Source of the DNA: Micropepsaceae bacterium
GTDB lineage: Bacteria > Pseudomonadota > Alphaproteobacteria > Micropepsales > Micropepsaceae
Reading direction: 5' to 3'
Length of the DNA stretch: 64,000 nucleotides
Assembly (NCBI GenBank): GCA_965227535.1
Contig: OZ245761.1
Span: 4,733,366 to 4,797,365 of the forward strand
Shown piece after piece: positions 8,739-18,343 of this stretch (position 1 is its first letter; each line of letters begins with the position of its first letter). Made by a program: the position numbers and the translations under genes. The notes beneath the pieces were generated by a model. That model was not told the DNA's origin, searched no databases, and worked only from the letters and a program-made list of their open reading frames with translations.

Positions 8739-9227
8739 TTAAGCGTGAGCGGGCTTTTCCCGCTGCCACACGTCGAGTACCGCCCGCGCGCCGTTGGTCT
8801 TCGGGTCCATCGCCGCCTCGTGATCCGGCCGCTTCGCCGTCAACTCGATCACGTACCCGTTCGGATCGCGGAAATAGATCGAGTCGACGAAGTGGTGATC
8901 CGAAACCCCGCGCACATCCATGCCGGCGGCTTTGCCCTTCTCGAACATGCGCTTCAGATCCGCGGGCGTCACTTCGAGCGCAATGTGCAAATCGAAATCC
9001 GCTTGCTTCTTGAACGCAAACGGTTCTTCCGGCGCTTCGAAGAACGCCAGGAACGAACCGTCATCCATGCGGAAGAAGGTGTGCAGCACATGCGCCTTTC
9101 GCCCCGTCTTCGTCTCGCCGATCGCAAGGCTGTGCGTCAGCGGCAGGCCGAGGAAATCCTCATAGAACCGCCGCGTCTCTTCCGAGTCGCGGCAGCGATA
9201 AGCGTTGTGGTGCAGCCCTTTGATCAT
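8739..9227 (-). CDS. VOC (glyoxalase/dioxygenase) family protein
   Basis: Start reset to MIKGLHHNAYRCRDSEETRRFYEDFLGL (AGGAGCC RBS). Paired beta-alpha-beta-beta-beta modules ending ...HFVDSIYFRDPNGYVIEL. Confidence 0.85.
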   Translation of the reverse strand: MIKGLHHNAYRCRDSEETRRFYEDFLGLPLTHSLAIGETKTGRKAHVLHTFFRMDDGSFLAFFEAPEEPFAFKKQADFDLHIALEVTPADLKRMFEKGKAAGMDVRGVSDHHFVDSIYFRDPNGYVIELTAKRPDHEAAMDPKTNGARAVLDVWQREKPAHA

Positions 9228-9237
9228 TCTAAGGCTC

Positions 9238-9906
9238 CTAAATGTGAACGTAAGACGGCCCCTTGATCGCGCCGGCCCATTGATAGACCGCGCCGTTCGT
9301 CGCCTGCCAATTCGGCCGCGACTGCATCCGGTCGTACCATTTGCGGATGTTGGGATAGGCCTCAAGCGTGCAACCGACGGTCTCGCCCAGCGAAATGATG
9401 CCCGACCCGAAATAGTCGGCCAGCGTAATCTCTTTCCCGCAAACATACGGCTTCGTCGCCAACCACCCGTCGAGCACTTTCAGAAACTGCTCGGAATGCG
9501 TCTTCGACGTCGCGACAACCGCCTTCTGCGCCGCTTCGTCGGCAAATTTCAAATGAGCGAGGATCTGCGGATAGCACATCCCGTACCCGAATGCGTGATA
9601 GAAGCCGGTATTGAACCAATCCATCATCTCGTTCACATGCGCACGCGCCTTCAGGTCCTTCGGATACGCCGGCGAGTTCACGCTATCGGCGAGATACTTC
9701 AAAATCGCCGAACTCTCCGTCAGCCGGAACGATCCGTCCTCAAGCACGGGCACATGGCAATTCGGATTGACCGCGGCGAAGTTCGGATCGAACTGCTTGC
9801 CCGACATCAAATCGATGACTTCGTATTCCAGCTTGATGCCGGCATCGGCGGCAAAGAACATCACGGGCCGGCACGTCGTGGACGCCGGAAACGTATAAAG
9901 CTTCAC
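9238..9906 (-). CDS. Glutathione S-transferase family protein
   Basis: GTG start with a GGGAGAG RBS gives VKLYTFPASTTCRPVMFF... N-terminal thioredoxin-like fold (VPVLEDGSFRLTESSAILKYL) and a helical C-domain. Lies 10 nt upstream of the VOC gene. Confidence 0.85.
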   Translation of the reverse strand: MKLYTFPASTTCRPVMFFAADAGIKLEYEVIDLMSGKQFDPNFAAVNPNCHVPVLEDGSFRLTESSAILKYLADSVNSPAYPKDLKARAHVNEMMDWFNTGFYHAFGYGMCYPQILAHLKFADEAAQKAVVATSKTHSEQFLKVLDGWLATKPYVCGKEITLADYFGSGIISLGETVGCTLEAYPNIRKWYDRMQSRPNWQATNGAVYQWAGAIKGPSYVHI

Positions 9907-10048
9907 GAATGTCTCTCCCAGAGTGGCGCGGCCGTGGCCCCGGCCGTCGTGGCGCTCATATAGACATCGCCGGATCGCCCCGCAAAGCACGCCCGCCGCG
10001 AAGTGATGACGGCTACAGCCAAAGCGCGAAACGTGTATCTTCCATCTC

Positions 10049-10735
10049 ATGTTCGAACATCTGTTTGACCGCAACGACGGCTTCGACACCTTCCGCCTGG
10101 CGATTGCCGGCACGTCGTTGGCCGTCTCGCTGATCTATTTCGCCTTCGCGGACAGCCCGTCGTCGCCGCTCAGAACGACACTGAAGACGCTGTCGATCGG
10201 CACGCTCGCGATCCTGCCGTGGACCTATCTCGGCACGACGGGCGCGAACCCGCTCTTCATCTTAAGCCTGGCCCTCGCGCTCTCCGCGCTCGGCGATCTC
10301 TTCCTCGCGTTGAAAGATCAGCAGCGCTTCTTCCTCTATGGCCTGGGCACGTTCCTCGCCGCGCACGTGGCCTACCTCGCCGCGTTCCTACCGCACGCGC
10401 AGGCGCCACACGGCAACGCCCTCATCGCCGTACTCGCGACACTCGCCGCCGCAAGCGCCTTCCTCGCCGTGCTGCTCCCGCGCCTCGGCAAACTGAAAGT
10501 GCCGGTCATCGCCTACTTCACCGTCATCATGGCGATGGCGGCCGCCGCGTGGTCGATCCCGAACGCCTCGTGGATGCTGGGCACCGGCGCCGTGATCTTC
10601 GCCCTCTCGGACTCGCTGATCGCCCAGCGCAAATTTCTGCAGCCGTTTCCCGGTCATCACGTCGCCGTCTGGATAACCTACGTCGCCGCACAGTTCATGA
10701 TGACCGCAGCCTTCCTCCACCTGATCGTCCCGTAA
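10049..10735 (+). CDS. YhhN-family lysoplasmalogenase-like membrane protein
   Basis: About 8 TM segments, with LSALGDLFLAL and FALSDSLIA motifs typical of the YhhN/TMEM86 family. Confidence 0.8.
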   Translation: MFEHLFDRNDGFDTFRLAIAGTSLAVSLIYFAFADSPSSPLRTTLKTLSIGTLAILPWTYLGTTGANPLFILSLALALSALGDLFLALKDQQRFFLYGLGTFLAAHVAYLAAFLPHAQAPHGNALIAVLATLAAASAFLAVLLPRLGKLKVPVIAYFTVIMAMAAAAWSIPNASWMLGTGAVIFALSDSLIAQRKFLQPFPGHHVAVWITYVAAQFMMTAAFLHLIVP

Positions 10736-10748
10736 GCAAAGAGCGCCC

Positions 10749-11486
10749 ATGCACGAACGGCAACTCGACATCGAAACCAAAGACGGCCGCATGACGACCT
10801 TCATCGTCCATCCGGACCGCGGCGGCCCGCACCCGATCATCCTCTTCTACATGGACGCCCCCGCCATTCGCGAAGAATTGCGCGACATGGCCCGCCGCCT
10901 CGCAACCTCCGGCTACTACGTGATGCTGCCCAACCTCTACTACCGCGAAGGCGTGATGGAGCTAGGCCCGCTGCCCGCCGATCCGCAAGCGCCCGAACGC
11001 AAACGCATGTTCGCCCTGATGGAATCTCTGACCATCGCCAAAATCATGGACGACACCGACGCGCTCTTAGCGTTCGCCGCCAAAGACCCAGCCGCAAGCA
11101 AAGGCAAGTTCGGCGCCGTCGGTTACTGCATGAGCGGCCAATTCGCCATCAACGCCGCAGCCCACATTCCCGACCGCGTCGCAGCCGCCGCGTCGATCTA
11201 CGGCGTCCGCCTCATCACCGATAAACCCGACAGCCCCCACACCGTCGCCCACAAAGCCAAAGCCGAACTCTACTTCGCCTGCGCCGAACGCGACCACTGG
11301 GTGCCCCTCGAGCAAATCGAACCGCTCAAGCAAGCCCTGAAACAAGCCGGCGCCAAAGCCGAAGTCGAAATCTACGAAGACACCGACCACGGCTTCGCCT
11401 TCCCCAGCCGCCCGATCTACAAAAAGCAAGCGGCCGAGAGACACTGGGAACGCCTGCTCGCACTTTTCAAGCGCACGCTTGGGTAA
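10749..11486 (+). CDS. Dienelactone hydrolase family protein
   Basis: HPIILFYMDAPAIREELRDMARRLATSGYYVMLPNLYYR, nucleophile elbow GYCMSG, C-terminal DHGF. Confidence 0.85.
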   Translation: MHERQLDIETKDGRMTTFIVHPDRGGPHPIILFYMDAPAIREELRDMARRLATSGYYVMLPNLYYREGVMELGPLPADPQAPERKRMFALMESLTIAKIMDDTDALLAFAAKDPAASKGKFGAVGYCMSGQFAINAAAHIPDRVAAAASIYGVRLITDKPDSPHTVAHKAKAELYFACAERDHWVPLEQIEPLKQALKQAGAKAEVEIYEDTDHGFAFPSRPIYKKQAAERHWERLLALFKRTLG

Positions 11487-11502
11487 TGATCACATACCTA
11501 TT

Positions 11503-11641
11503 CGTCATGGCCGGGCTTGACCCGGCCACCCAGTTGCCGCGCGTCCGCGCGGCCGTGAAATGCGTTAGGCGGGTGTTGGTGAGTCTTTAGCGCGCACAGA
11601 CGTGCGCGCACTGGGTGGCCGGGTCAAGCCCGGCCATGACG
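11503..11641. repeat. MITE/REP-like nested palindromic element, copy 1
   Basis: 31-nt terminal inverted repeats: cgtcatggccgggcttgacccggccacccag (11503-11533) and ctgggtggccgggtcaagcccggccatgacg (11611-11641). Internal hairpins ccgcgcgtccgcgcgg and gcgcgcacagacgtgcgcgc. A second copy lies at 45970-46114. Confidence 0.75.
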
Positions 11642-11654
11642 GATGTGCTAATCG

Positions 11655-13463
11655 CTAACCCTCGATCTCTTCGCGCAGCATCTCAAGCTCCAGCCACCGC
11701 TCTTCGCCTGCCGCCAACTCCGCTTCGGCCGCGCTGAGCTTCGCGGCCGTCGCCGCAAATCCCTTCGCGTCGCGTGCGTAGAATCCGTCTTCGGCCAGCT
11801 TCGCGCGCAAGGTGCGAATCTCGCCGTGCAGCGCGTCGATGCGCGCGGGCAGTGTTTCCAGCGCGTGCTTGTCCTTGAACGTCAGCTTGCGCCGTTCGGA
11901 AGACGGGGCTGGGCGCGCAGCCGCGGCCTTTGCGGGCTTCGCCACAACCGCCTCGCGCGCCTTCGCGCTGACGCCCGCGCCGCGTTGGGCGACCATGTCG
12001 GAATAGCCGCCCGCGTATTCGATAAACCGCCCGTCGCCTTCCGCCATCAGCACCGACGTCGCGACCCGGTCCAGGAAATCGCGGTCATGGCTGACGACGA
12101 TCACCGTCCCCGCATAATCGGCCAGCATCTCCTGCAACAGATCCAGCGTCTCAAGATCGAGATCGTTCGTCGGTTCGTCGAGCACAAGCAGGTTCGACGG
12201 CTGCGCCAACGCCTTCGCCAGCACCAACCGCCCGCGCTCGCCACCCGACAACACGCGCACCGGCGTTCGCGCCTGATCCGGCGTGAACAGAAAATCCTTC
12301 ATGTAGGACGCGTAGTGCCGCACCGTGCCGTTGACGCTGATCGTCTCGCTATGCCCACCGGTGAGAAAATCCTTCACACTCACCGTAGGCTCCAACGCGT
12401 CGCGCCGCTGATCGAGCATGTGCATCTGCAAATTCGCACCCAGCTTCACAGTCCCGGCATCCGGCGCCAGCCGTCCGGTCAGCAGATTGATCAACGTCGT
12501 CTTGCCCGCACCGTTCGGGCCCACAAGCCCGACGCGATCGCCGCGCATGATGCGCATCGACACATCCCGCACGACGGCAAGGTCGCCGAACGATTTCGAA
12601 ATCCCCTTGGCCTCGATCACCACCGCGCCGGACGTCTCGCCCTCACTCGCGGCAAGTTTCACCGAACCGGTCACGCGCCGCGCCTCGCGCCGTTGCGTGC
12701 GCAGATCGGAAAGCCGCGCCATGCGCCCGACATTGCGCTTGCGCCGCGCCGTCACGCCGTAACGCACCCAGTGCTCTTCCATCACGATGCGCCGGTCGAG
12801 CTTGTGCTGCTCCAACTCCTCCTGCTCAAGCACCGTGTCGCGCCAAGCCTCGAAGGCTGAGAACCCTTGCTCCAACCGCCGCGTCACGCCGCGATCCAGC
12901 CACACCGTCGCGCGCGATAGCCGCTCCAAAAACCGCCGGTCATGGCTGATCAAAACCATCGCCGACCGCAGCGAATTCAACTCGCTCTCCAGCCACTCGA
13001 TCGCCGGCAGGTCGAGATGGTTCGTCGGCTCATCGAGCAAAAGAATATCCGGCGAAGGCGCGAGTACCCGCGCCAAAGCCGCGCGCCGCGCCTCACCGCC
13101 CGACAAGCGGTCGGTGCCTTCCTCGCCGGTCAGCCCGAGACACGAGAGCAGATACTGCGCGCGATACGGATCATCCCCCGGCGCCAACCCGGCCTCGACA
13201 AACGCCAACGTCGTCGCAAACCCCGACAGGTCGGGCTCCTGCGGCAGATAACGCACGGTAGCCGAAGGCGCCGCCGACCGTGTTCCCCGATCCGACTCCA
13301 CCAACCCCGCCGCAATCTTGAGCAAGGTCGACTTCCCCGACCCGTTGCGCCCGACCAGGCACAACCTGTCACCCTCACCGACAACCAGCTCCGCCCCTTG
13401 CAGCAGCGGATGGCCGCCAAAGGTCAGATGAATGTCCTGCAGTTGAATCAGTGGTGCGCCCAT
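11655..13463 (-). CDS. ABC-F family ATPase (Uup-like, with a C-terminal coiled-coil)
   Basis: Start reset to MGAPLIQLQDIHLTFGG. Two ABC cassettes (GRNGSGKST...LSGGE...LLLDEPTNHLD and GPNGAGKTT...LSGGE...LVLDEPTNDLD), no TM domain, C-terminal coiled-coil. Confidence 0.9.
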   Translation of the reverse strand: MGAPLIQLQDIHLTFGGHPLLQGAELVVGEGDRLCLVGRNGSGKSTLLKIAAGLVESDRGTRSAAPSATVRYLPQEPDLSGFATTLAFVEAGLAPGDDPYRAQYLLSCLGLTGEEGTDRLSGGEARRAALARVLAPSPDILLLDEPTNHLDLPAIEWLESELNSLRSAMVLISHDRRFLERLSRATVWLDRGVTRRLEQGFSAFEAWRDTVLEQEELEQHKLDRRIVMEEHWVRYGVTARRKRNVGRMARLSDLRTQRREARRVTGSVKLAASEGETSGAVVIEAKGISKSFGDLAVVRDVSMRIMRGDRVGLVGPNGAGKTTLINLLTGRLAPDAGTVKLGANLQMHMLDQRRDALEPTVSVKDFLTGGHSETISVNGTVRHYASYMKDFLFTPDQARTPVRVLSGGERGRLVLAKALAQPSNLLVLDEPTNDLDLETLDLLQEMLADYAGTVIVVSHDRDFLDRVATSVLMAEGDGRFIEYAGGYSDMVAQRGAGVSAKAREAVVAKPAKAAAARPAPSSERRKLTFKDKHALETLPARIDALHGEIRTLRAKLAEDGFYARDAKGFAATAAKLSAAEAELAAGEERWLELEMLREEIEG

Positions 13464-13639
13464 GGGCCGCTTTCTCACATTGATGCGCCTGCGAAGGGAA
13501 GTGTCCGCAAGCGCGCGCCCGATTCTCCCAACGGTTGCACGCCATTTCTCGCGATTTGGTGACCTGCCGCGCGGATGGGCGGCGTTGAAATCGGAAACCG
13601 GGGACAGCACTCTGCGCCCACGCAAATGGGGAATCGCTC

Positions 13640-15727
13640 ATGCCAATCAATCTGAACCGCCGCGCGCTGCTGATCGGCGCGGGCGCCGTGGCGCTTGTCG
13701 CCTTCGCTGTGGCGCCGCAGCTGACGCAACACAACGCCACCGCCGCCGGTGCGAAGCCGTTGATCGGCACGTGGGGCGTCGACCTCGCCGCCATGGATAA
13801 GTCGATCAAGCCCGGTGACGACTTCTTCCGCTTCACCGGCGGTACCTGGATGAAGACCACGCAGATCCCGCCCGACCGTTCGCGCTGGGGTTCGTTCAAC
13901 ATGCTGGCCGCGAAGTCGGAAGAAGACGTCCGCGCCGCCGTCGAGGACGCCGCGAAGAAAAAACCACGCGCAGGCACCGTCGAACGCAAGGCCGTCGATT
14001 ATTACCAAAGCTACATCGACACCAAGGCGATCGAAGCCCGCGGCCTTGAGCCGGTGAAGGACGACCTCGCGCGCATCGCCGCCGCGACGACCCACGACGA
14101 CATCGTCTCGATCGTGGCCCGCCCCGACGTTCGTGCGAACCTGCCCGTCGGCATGGGCGTAACGCTCGATGCGAAACGCCCGAACGTCTACATCGTCTCC
14201 GTAGGCCAAGCGGGCCTCGGCATGCCCGACCGCGACTACTACCTGAAGCAAGACGCGAAGTTCGCCGACACGCGCGCGAAGTATCGCGTCTACGTCGAAA
14301 CGCTTCTCAAGCTCGCAGGCTACGCAGACCCTGCGAGGAACGCCGATGCCATCGTCGCCGTCGAACAAAAGGTCGCCGAACTCCACTGGCCGCGCGAGAA
14401 ATCGCGCAACCGCGACCTCACCTACAATCCAAAGTCGCGCGACGAACTAAAGGCGTTCGCGCCCGATTTCCCGTGGGACGCAGGCCTCACCGCCTACGGC
14501 ATCAAGAACCAGAACGAGTTCATCGTCGTTCAACTCGACGCCGTGCAGGGCCTGGCGAAACTCTTCCGCGAAACGCCGATCGAAACCTGGCGCGCGTACC
14601 TGACGTTCCACTACCTGAACGCCAACGCCGACATCCTGCCCAAGGCCTTCGACGATGCGTCGTTCGAGTTCAACGGCAAGGTCGTGACAGGTCAGCTCGA
14701 ACAGCGCGACCGTTGGAAGCGCGCCGTCAGCCAAATGAGCGGCACGCCCTTCAACGCCGCGATGGGCGAGGCCGTGGGTCAACTTTACGTCAAGCGCACG
14801 TTCTCGCCCGCCGCGAAGGCAGCGATGAGCGAACTCGTCGAAAACCTGCGCGCCGCCTACAAGGTGCGTATCGCCAAACTGCCGTGGATGTCGGACGAAA
14901 CGAAGAAGGCGGCGCTACGCAAACTGGAAACGATCAACGTCAAGATCGGCTATCCGGACAAGTGGCGCGATTATTCCTCGCTTGAGATCAAGGCCGACGA
15001 CGCGTTCGGCAACCGCAAGCGTGAGAACACTTTCCAGCGCGCGCGCGATCTCGTCCGGCTGGCTAAGGGGGCAGACCGCGCCGACTGGGGCATGGCGCCG
15101 CAAACGGTGAACGCCTACTACAGCTCGGTGTGGAATGAGATCGTCTTCCCCGCCGCGATCCTGCAGCCGCCGTTCTTCGACTTGAACGCCGAGCCGGCCG
15201 TGAACTACGGCGGCATCGGCGCCGTCATCGGCCACGAAATGGGCCACGGCTTCGACGACCAAGGCTCGAAGTCGGACGAGATGGGCGTCCTGCGCAAGTG
15301 GTGGAACGAAGAAGACGAACGCCGCTTCAAGGTGCTCGGCGACAACCTCGCCGATCAGTACTCGAAGTTCGAAGCGCTGCCCGGCCTCTTCGTCAACGGC
15401 CGCCTGACCTTGGGCGAAAACATCGGCGACCTGGGCGGTCTCAACGTGTCGCTGGAAGCCTACAAGATCTCGCTCAAGGGCAAGGACGCGCCGGTCATCG
15501 ACGGCTACACCGGCACCCAGCGCTTCTTCTTAGGCTTCGGTCAAATCTGGCGCCAGCTCATCCGCGAAGACGCGCTCAGGAACCAGGTCGTCTCCGACAG
15601 CCACTCGCCCGGCGAATTCCGCGCCAACGGCACGGTGCGCAACATGGACGAATGGTACGAAGCCTTCGACGTGAAGGAGAGCGACAAACTCTACCTCGCC
15701 CCGGACAAGCGCGTCCGCATCTGGTAA
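13640..15727 (+). CDS. M13-family zinc metallopeptidase (PepO/neprilysin-like)
   Basis: NAYY motif, HEMGHGFDDQG zinc motif, GENIGDLGG, C-terminus ...VRNMDEWYEAFDVKESDKLYLAPDKRVRIW. Signal/Tat-like N-terminus. Confidence 0.92.
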   Translation: MPINLNRRALLIGAGAVALVAFAVAPQLTQHNATAAGAKPLIGTWGVDLAAMDKSIKPGDDFFRFTGGTWMKTTQIPPDRSRWGSFNMLAAKSEEDVRAAVEDAAKKKPRAGTVERKAVDYYQSYIDTKAIEARGLEPVKDDLARIAAATTHDDIVSIVARPDVRANLPVGMGVTLDAKRPNVYIVSVGQAGLGMPDRDYYLKQDAKFADTRAKYRVYVETLLKLAGYADPARNADAIVAVEQKVAELHWPREKSRNRDLTYNPKSRDELKAFAPDFPWDAGLTAYGIKNQNEFIVVQLDAVQGLAKLFRETPIETWRAYLTFHYLNANADILPKAFDDASFEFNGKVVTGQLEQRDRWKRAVSQMSGTPFNAAMGEAVGQLYVKRTFSPAAKAAMSELVENLRAAYKVRIAKLPWMSDETKKAALRKLETINVKIGYPDKWRDYSSLEIKADDAFGNRKRENTFQRARDLVRLAKGADRADWGMAPQTVNAYYSSVWNEIVFPAAILQPPFFDLNAEPAVNYGGIGAVIGHEMGHGFDDQGSKSDEMGVLRKWWNEEDERRFKVLGDNLADQYSKFEALPGLFVNGRLTLGENIGDLGGLNVSLEAYKISLKGKDAPVIDGYTGTQRFFLGFGQIWRQLIREDALRNQVVSDSHSPGEFRANGTVRNMDEWYEAFDVKESDKLYLAPDKRVRIW

Positions 15728-15734
15728 CCGGGCA

Positions 15735-15758
15735 GGGGAGGGGCCCAAACCTCTCCCC
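15735..15758 (+). repeat. GGGGAGGGG/CCTCTCCCC hairpin (REP-like), related to the one at 16887
   Basis: 9-bp stem with one G-U pair (15735-15743 / 15750-15758) and loop cccaaa, just after the M13 stop. No T-run follows. Confidence 0.35.
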
Positions 15759-15866
15759 AACGCCACACCGCAACACCGTGTTTCGAGGGGATACCAGACC
15801 CTTCCGCTTTGCGCGGCGACGAATCACACTGCGACGGAGGGAACGCTGGAACATCGGTTCACGGAT

Positions 15867-16868
15867 ATGACGTACACGGCCCACCGCCTCGCCATCGCCG
15901 TGTCTCTGCTGGTTCTCGTGAGCCTGGCAAGTGCGTTGGCCCTCACAGCGATCGCCAGGGCAGAGCAGGAGCCTGACAAAGTCCGCACCGTCGGCGAATG
16001 GCAGCCGCCGTCGGGCCTGAAGCAGCGTCCCATCTGGCCAGGCGCCGCGCCGGACATGGAAGGCCTCGCGCAATCGCCGGAGAGCGTGCTGACCGTGCAA
16101 ACACCGGAAGCGCTTGAAGGAAACACCTCTCAAGCGGTCTTCGACGTAAGCGCGCCGACCATGACGGTCTTCCCGCCGAAGGGCGCCAACTCGCGCGCCG
16201 CCATCGTCGTGTTCCCTGGCGGCGGCTTTAAGATCCTAGCGATCACCCTGGAAGGAACGGAAATCTGCAACTGGATTGCCTCGAAGGGCATAACCTGCGT
16301 GCTGTCCAAGTACCGCGTTCCCAAGAGCAATCACCACTACGACGAGACATGCCATTGCGCCGTGACGCCGAAGATTCCGCGCGCGCTTCAGGACGCGCAA
16401 CGCACGATCAAACTCGTCCGCTCTAAGGCCAAGGAACTGAACCTCGATCCCAACAAGATCGGCGTGATGGGCTTTTCAGCAGGCGGCTATCTGGTCGTGC
16501 AGACCAGCAACATAGTCGAGCCCGCCTACAAACCCGTCGATACGATCGACAAGCTCAGCAGCCGCCCCGACTTCGCCATCGCGTTTTTTCCCGGCCACAT
16601 CTGCCGCGCCGGCTCGAAGCTCGATCCCGGCTTGCGCGTTACCAAGAAAACGCCGCCGACCTTCCTGCTGCAAGCGTGGGACGACAACGTCGACGACCGC
16701 TGCAACAGCACGCTCTACGCGCGCGAGCTTGATAAAGCGGGCGTCCCGGCTGAGGTCCATCTCTTCGCCAAGGGCGGCCACGCGTTCGGTCTCAGGCGCA
16801 AGCACTCGCCCGACACCGTCTGGCCATCACTCGTCGAGAACTGGCTCACCGACATCGGCGTGCGCTAA
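15867..16868 (+). CDS. Secreted alpha/beta hydrolase (esterase/lipase-like)
   Basis: Signal peptide, oxyanion VVFPGGGF, nucleophile elbow GFSAGG, C-terminal GGHAFG. Confidence 0.8.
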   Translation: MTYTAHRLAIAVSLLVLVSLASALALTAIARAEQEPDKVRTVGEWQPPSGLKQRPIWPGAAPDMEGLAQSPESVLTVQTPEALEGNTSQAVFDVSAPTMTVFPPKGANSRAAIVVFPGGGFKILAITLEGTEICNWIASKGITCVLSKYRVPKSNHHYDETCHCAVTPKIPRALQDAQRTIKLVRSKAKELNLDPNKIGVMGFSAGGYLVVQTSNIVEPAYKPVDTIDKLSSRPDFAIAFFPGHICRAGSKLDPGLRVTKKTPPTFLLQAWDDNVDDRCNSTLYARELDKAGVPAEVHLFAKGGHAFGLRRKHSPDTVWPSLVENWLTDIGVR

Positions 16869-16886
16869 GCGCATCCGCCCCGAGGG

Positions 16887-16914
16887 GGAGGGGGTCGTAT
16901 ACCCTCTCCGTTTT
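16887..16914 (+). terminator. Probable rho-independent terminator built from a GGAGGGGG/CCCTCTCC hairpin
   Basis: 8-bp stem (16887-16894 / 16902-16909, one G-U pair) with loop tcgtata, followed by gTTTT. Confidence 0.5.
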
Positions 16915-16970
16915 CAGTGCGTCACTGCGCCACCCAAGGGTGCTCGGCTCCGCGCCTTGCATGCGGGCCG

Positions 16971-18326
16971 CTAATGTCCGCGGATCTCATACGGCCGGTT
17001 CGCAGGCCCCCGCAGCTTGAACGCGGTGAGCCCGCCGAACACATGCCCGGCGACCGTCTGATACCGCGCCAGCGTCAGCATCCGCGAACGCTGGGCCTTG
17101 TATCCGCGCGCCTCGAAGGACGTTTGCAGGTCCGGCATGTGCAGCGCGCCCCACGGCACGACGAACACGTCGTACTTGTCGGCCAACGCATCGAACGTTG
17201 CCATCAGCTTCTTGTTGCGCGCGTAGAGAATCTCGTCCCAGAACACTTTTCGATCGGCCTCGGAGCATGTCGGCGTCGCCACGGTCGTCTTCGGATCGTC
17301 GTCCAACGCCGCGTTGCCCAAGGTCACGTCCTCACGCAGACAGCGTAGTGTCGTCTCCGATAGCTCGGATACGTCGATGTCGGCGCGCACTACATCCGGC
17401 CGGGTCTTCGGCAGCGCAGGCGTCGGCGCCGAGGGCTTGGCGGTCTTCGCCGCCGCGTTGGCGGCCTTCGTGGCGTCGTCGCTCGACAAGGCCGGCCCCA
17501 GAAGGTCTTCGAACACGTCCTGCGTATCGAGGCCCAACGACGTCGCCGCCTCGCCGCGTGAGGTGTCGCCGTTACCCATCAGACCCTTCTTGTCCGTGAC
17601 GCCTTCCGCCAGGATCACCGCGTGCGCCGGAATATCCTTGTAGACCGTCTTGTAGAACGACGCCTCGGCGATGTGCGCGGTCGCCACCAGGTGCACGGCC
17701 TTCGCGTCGTTGAACATCACCGTCTCGCGCGCCTGGATCTCGCTCCAGGTGAAGCGCAAATAGCCGCCCGTCTGCTGTTCCGCCGCGCTGGCCAGCGCCC
17801 ACGCACCAAGCGCGGCAAGCCCGACCGGAATCAACGCCACGACGATCAGCGACGCAAAGACGATGCGCAGGAACACATGATCCTTACGTGGCAACAGATG
17901 CGCCGCCAGGAACGCCTGACCGGCGCGCAACTGCACGACCAAGAACGCCGTTGTCGCAATGATCAATTGCACCAGCGCCAGGAACAACGACACCGACCGT
18001 TCGCCGGTCGCCGCCACGAATGGCGGCGCGCCCACCGCAAACCACAACGCCGCGACGATCAGCGGCACGAACACCCTCTTGGGCAATTGCGGCACGAACG
18101 CGACGACGAACACCATCATCAGCGAATACAAGAACACGAGAAGCGCCAGCCAATTGCGCACCTCGGTCAGCGGCGAGGCCCCCGTCGTAGCAAACCAAAT
18201 CTCGTCCACCAGCGACACGGCCCCATCCGCCGCAAACGCCAGCAGATAAGCGTTTGCCACGAACGTGAAGAACACGAGCACGGAACTGCGCCGCTCGTCC
18301 GCGGTACTGAAACTGCCCATCGCCAT
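16971..18326 (-). CDS. Polytopic membrane protein fused to a TraB/GumN-like domain
   Basis: About 6 N-terminal TM helices. Then VHLVATAHIAEASFYKTVYKDIPAHAVILAEGV and ARNKKLMATFDALADKYDVFVVPWGALHMPDLQTSFEARGYK, which resemble the two conserved blocks of TraB/GumN proteins. Confidence 0.6.
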   Translation of the reverse strand: MAMGSFSTADERRSSVLVFFTFVANAYLLAFAADGAVSLVDEIWFATTGASPLTEVRNWLALLVFLYSLMMVFVVAFVPQLPKRVFVPLIVAALWFAVGAPPFVAATGERSVSLFLALVQLIIATTAFLVVQLRAGQAFLAAHLLPRKDHVFLRIVFASLIVVALIPVGLAALGAWALASAAEQQTGGYLRFTWSEIQARETVMFNDAKAVHLVATAHIAEASFYKTVYKDIPAHAVILAEGVTDKKGLMGNGDTSRGEAATSLGLDTQDVFEDLLGPALSSDDATKAANAAAKTAKPSAPTPALPKTRPDVVRADIDVSELSETTLRCLREDVTLGNAALDDDPKTTVATPTCSEADRKVFWDEILYARNKKLMATFDALADKYDVFVVPWGALHMPDLQTSFEARGYKAQRSRMLTLARYQTVAGHVFGGLTAFKLRGPANRPYEIRGH

Positions 18327-18343
18327 CGCGAGCGTCTAACCCC

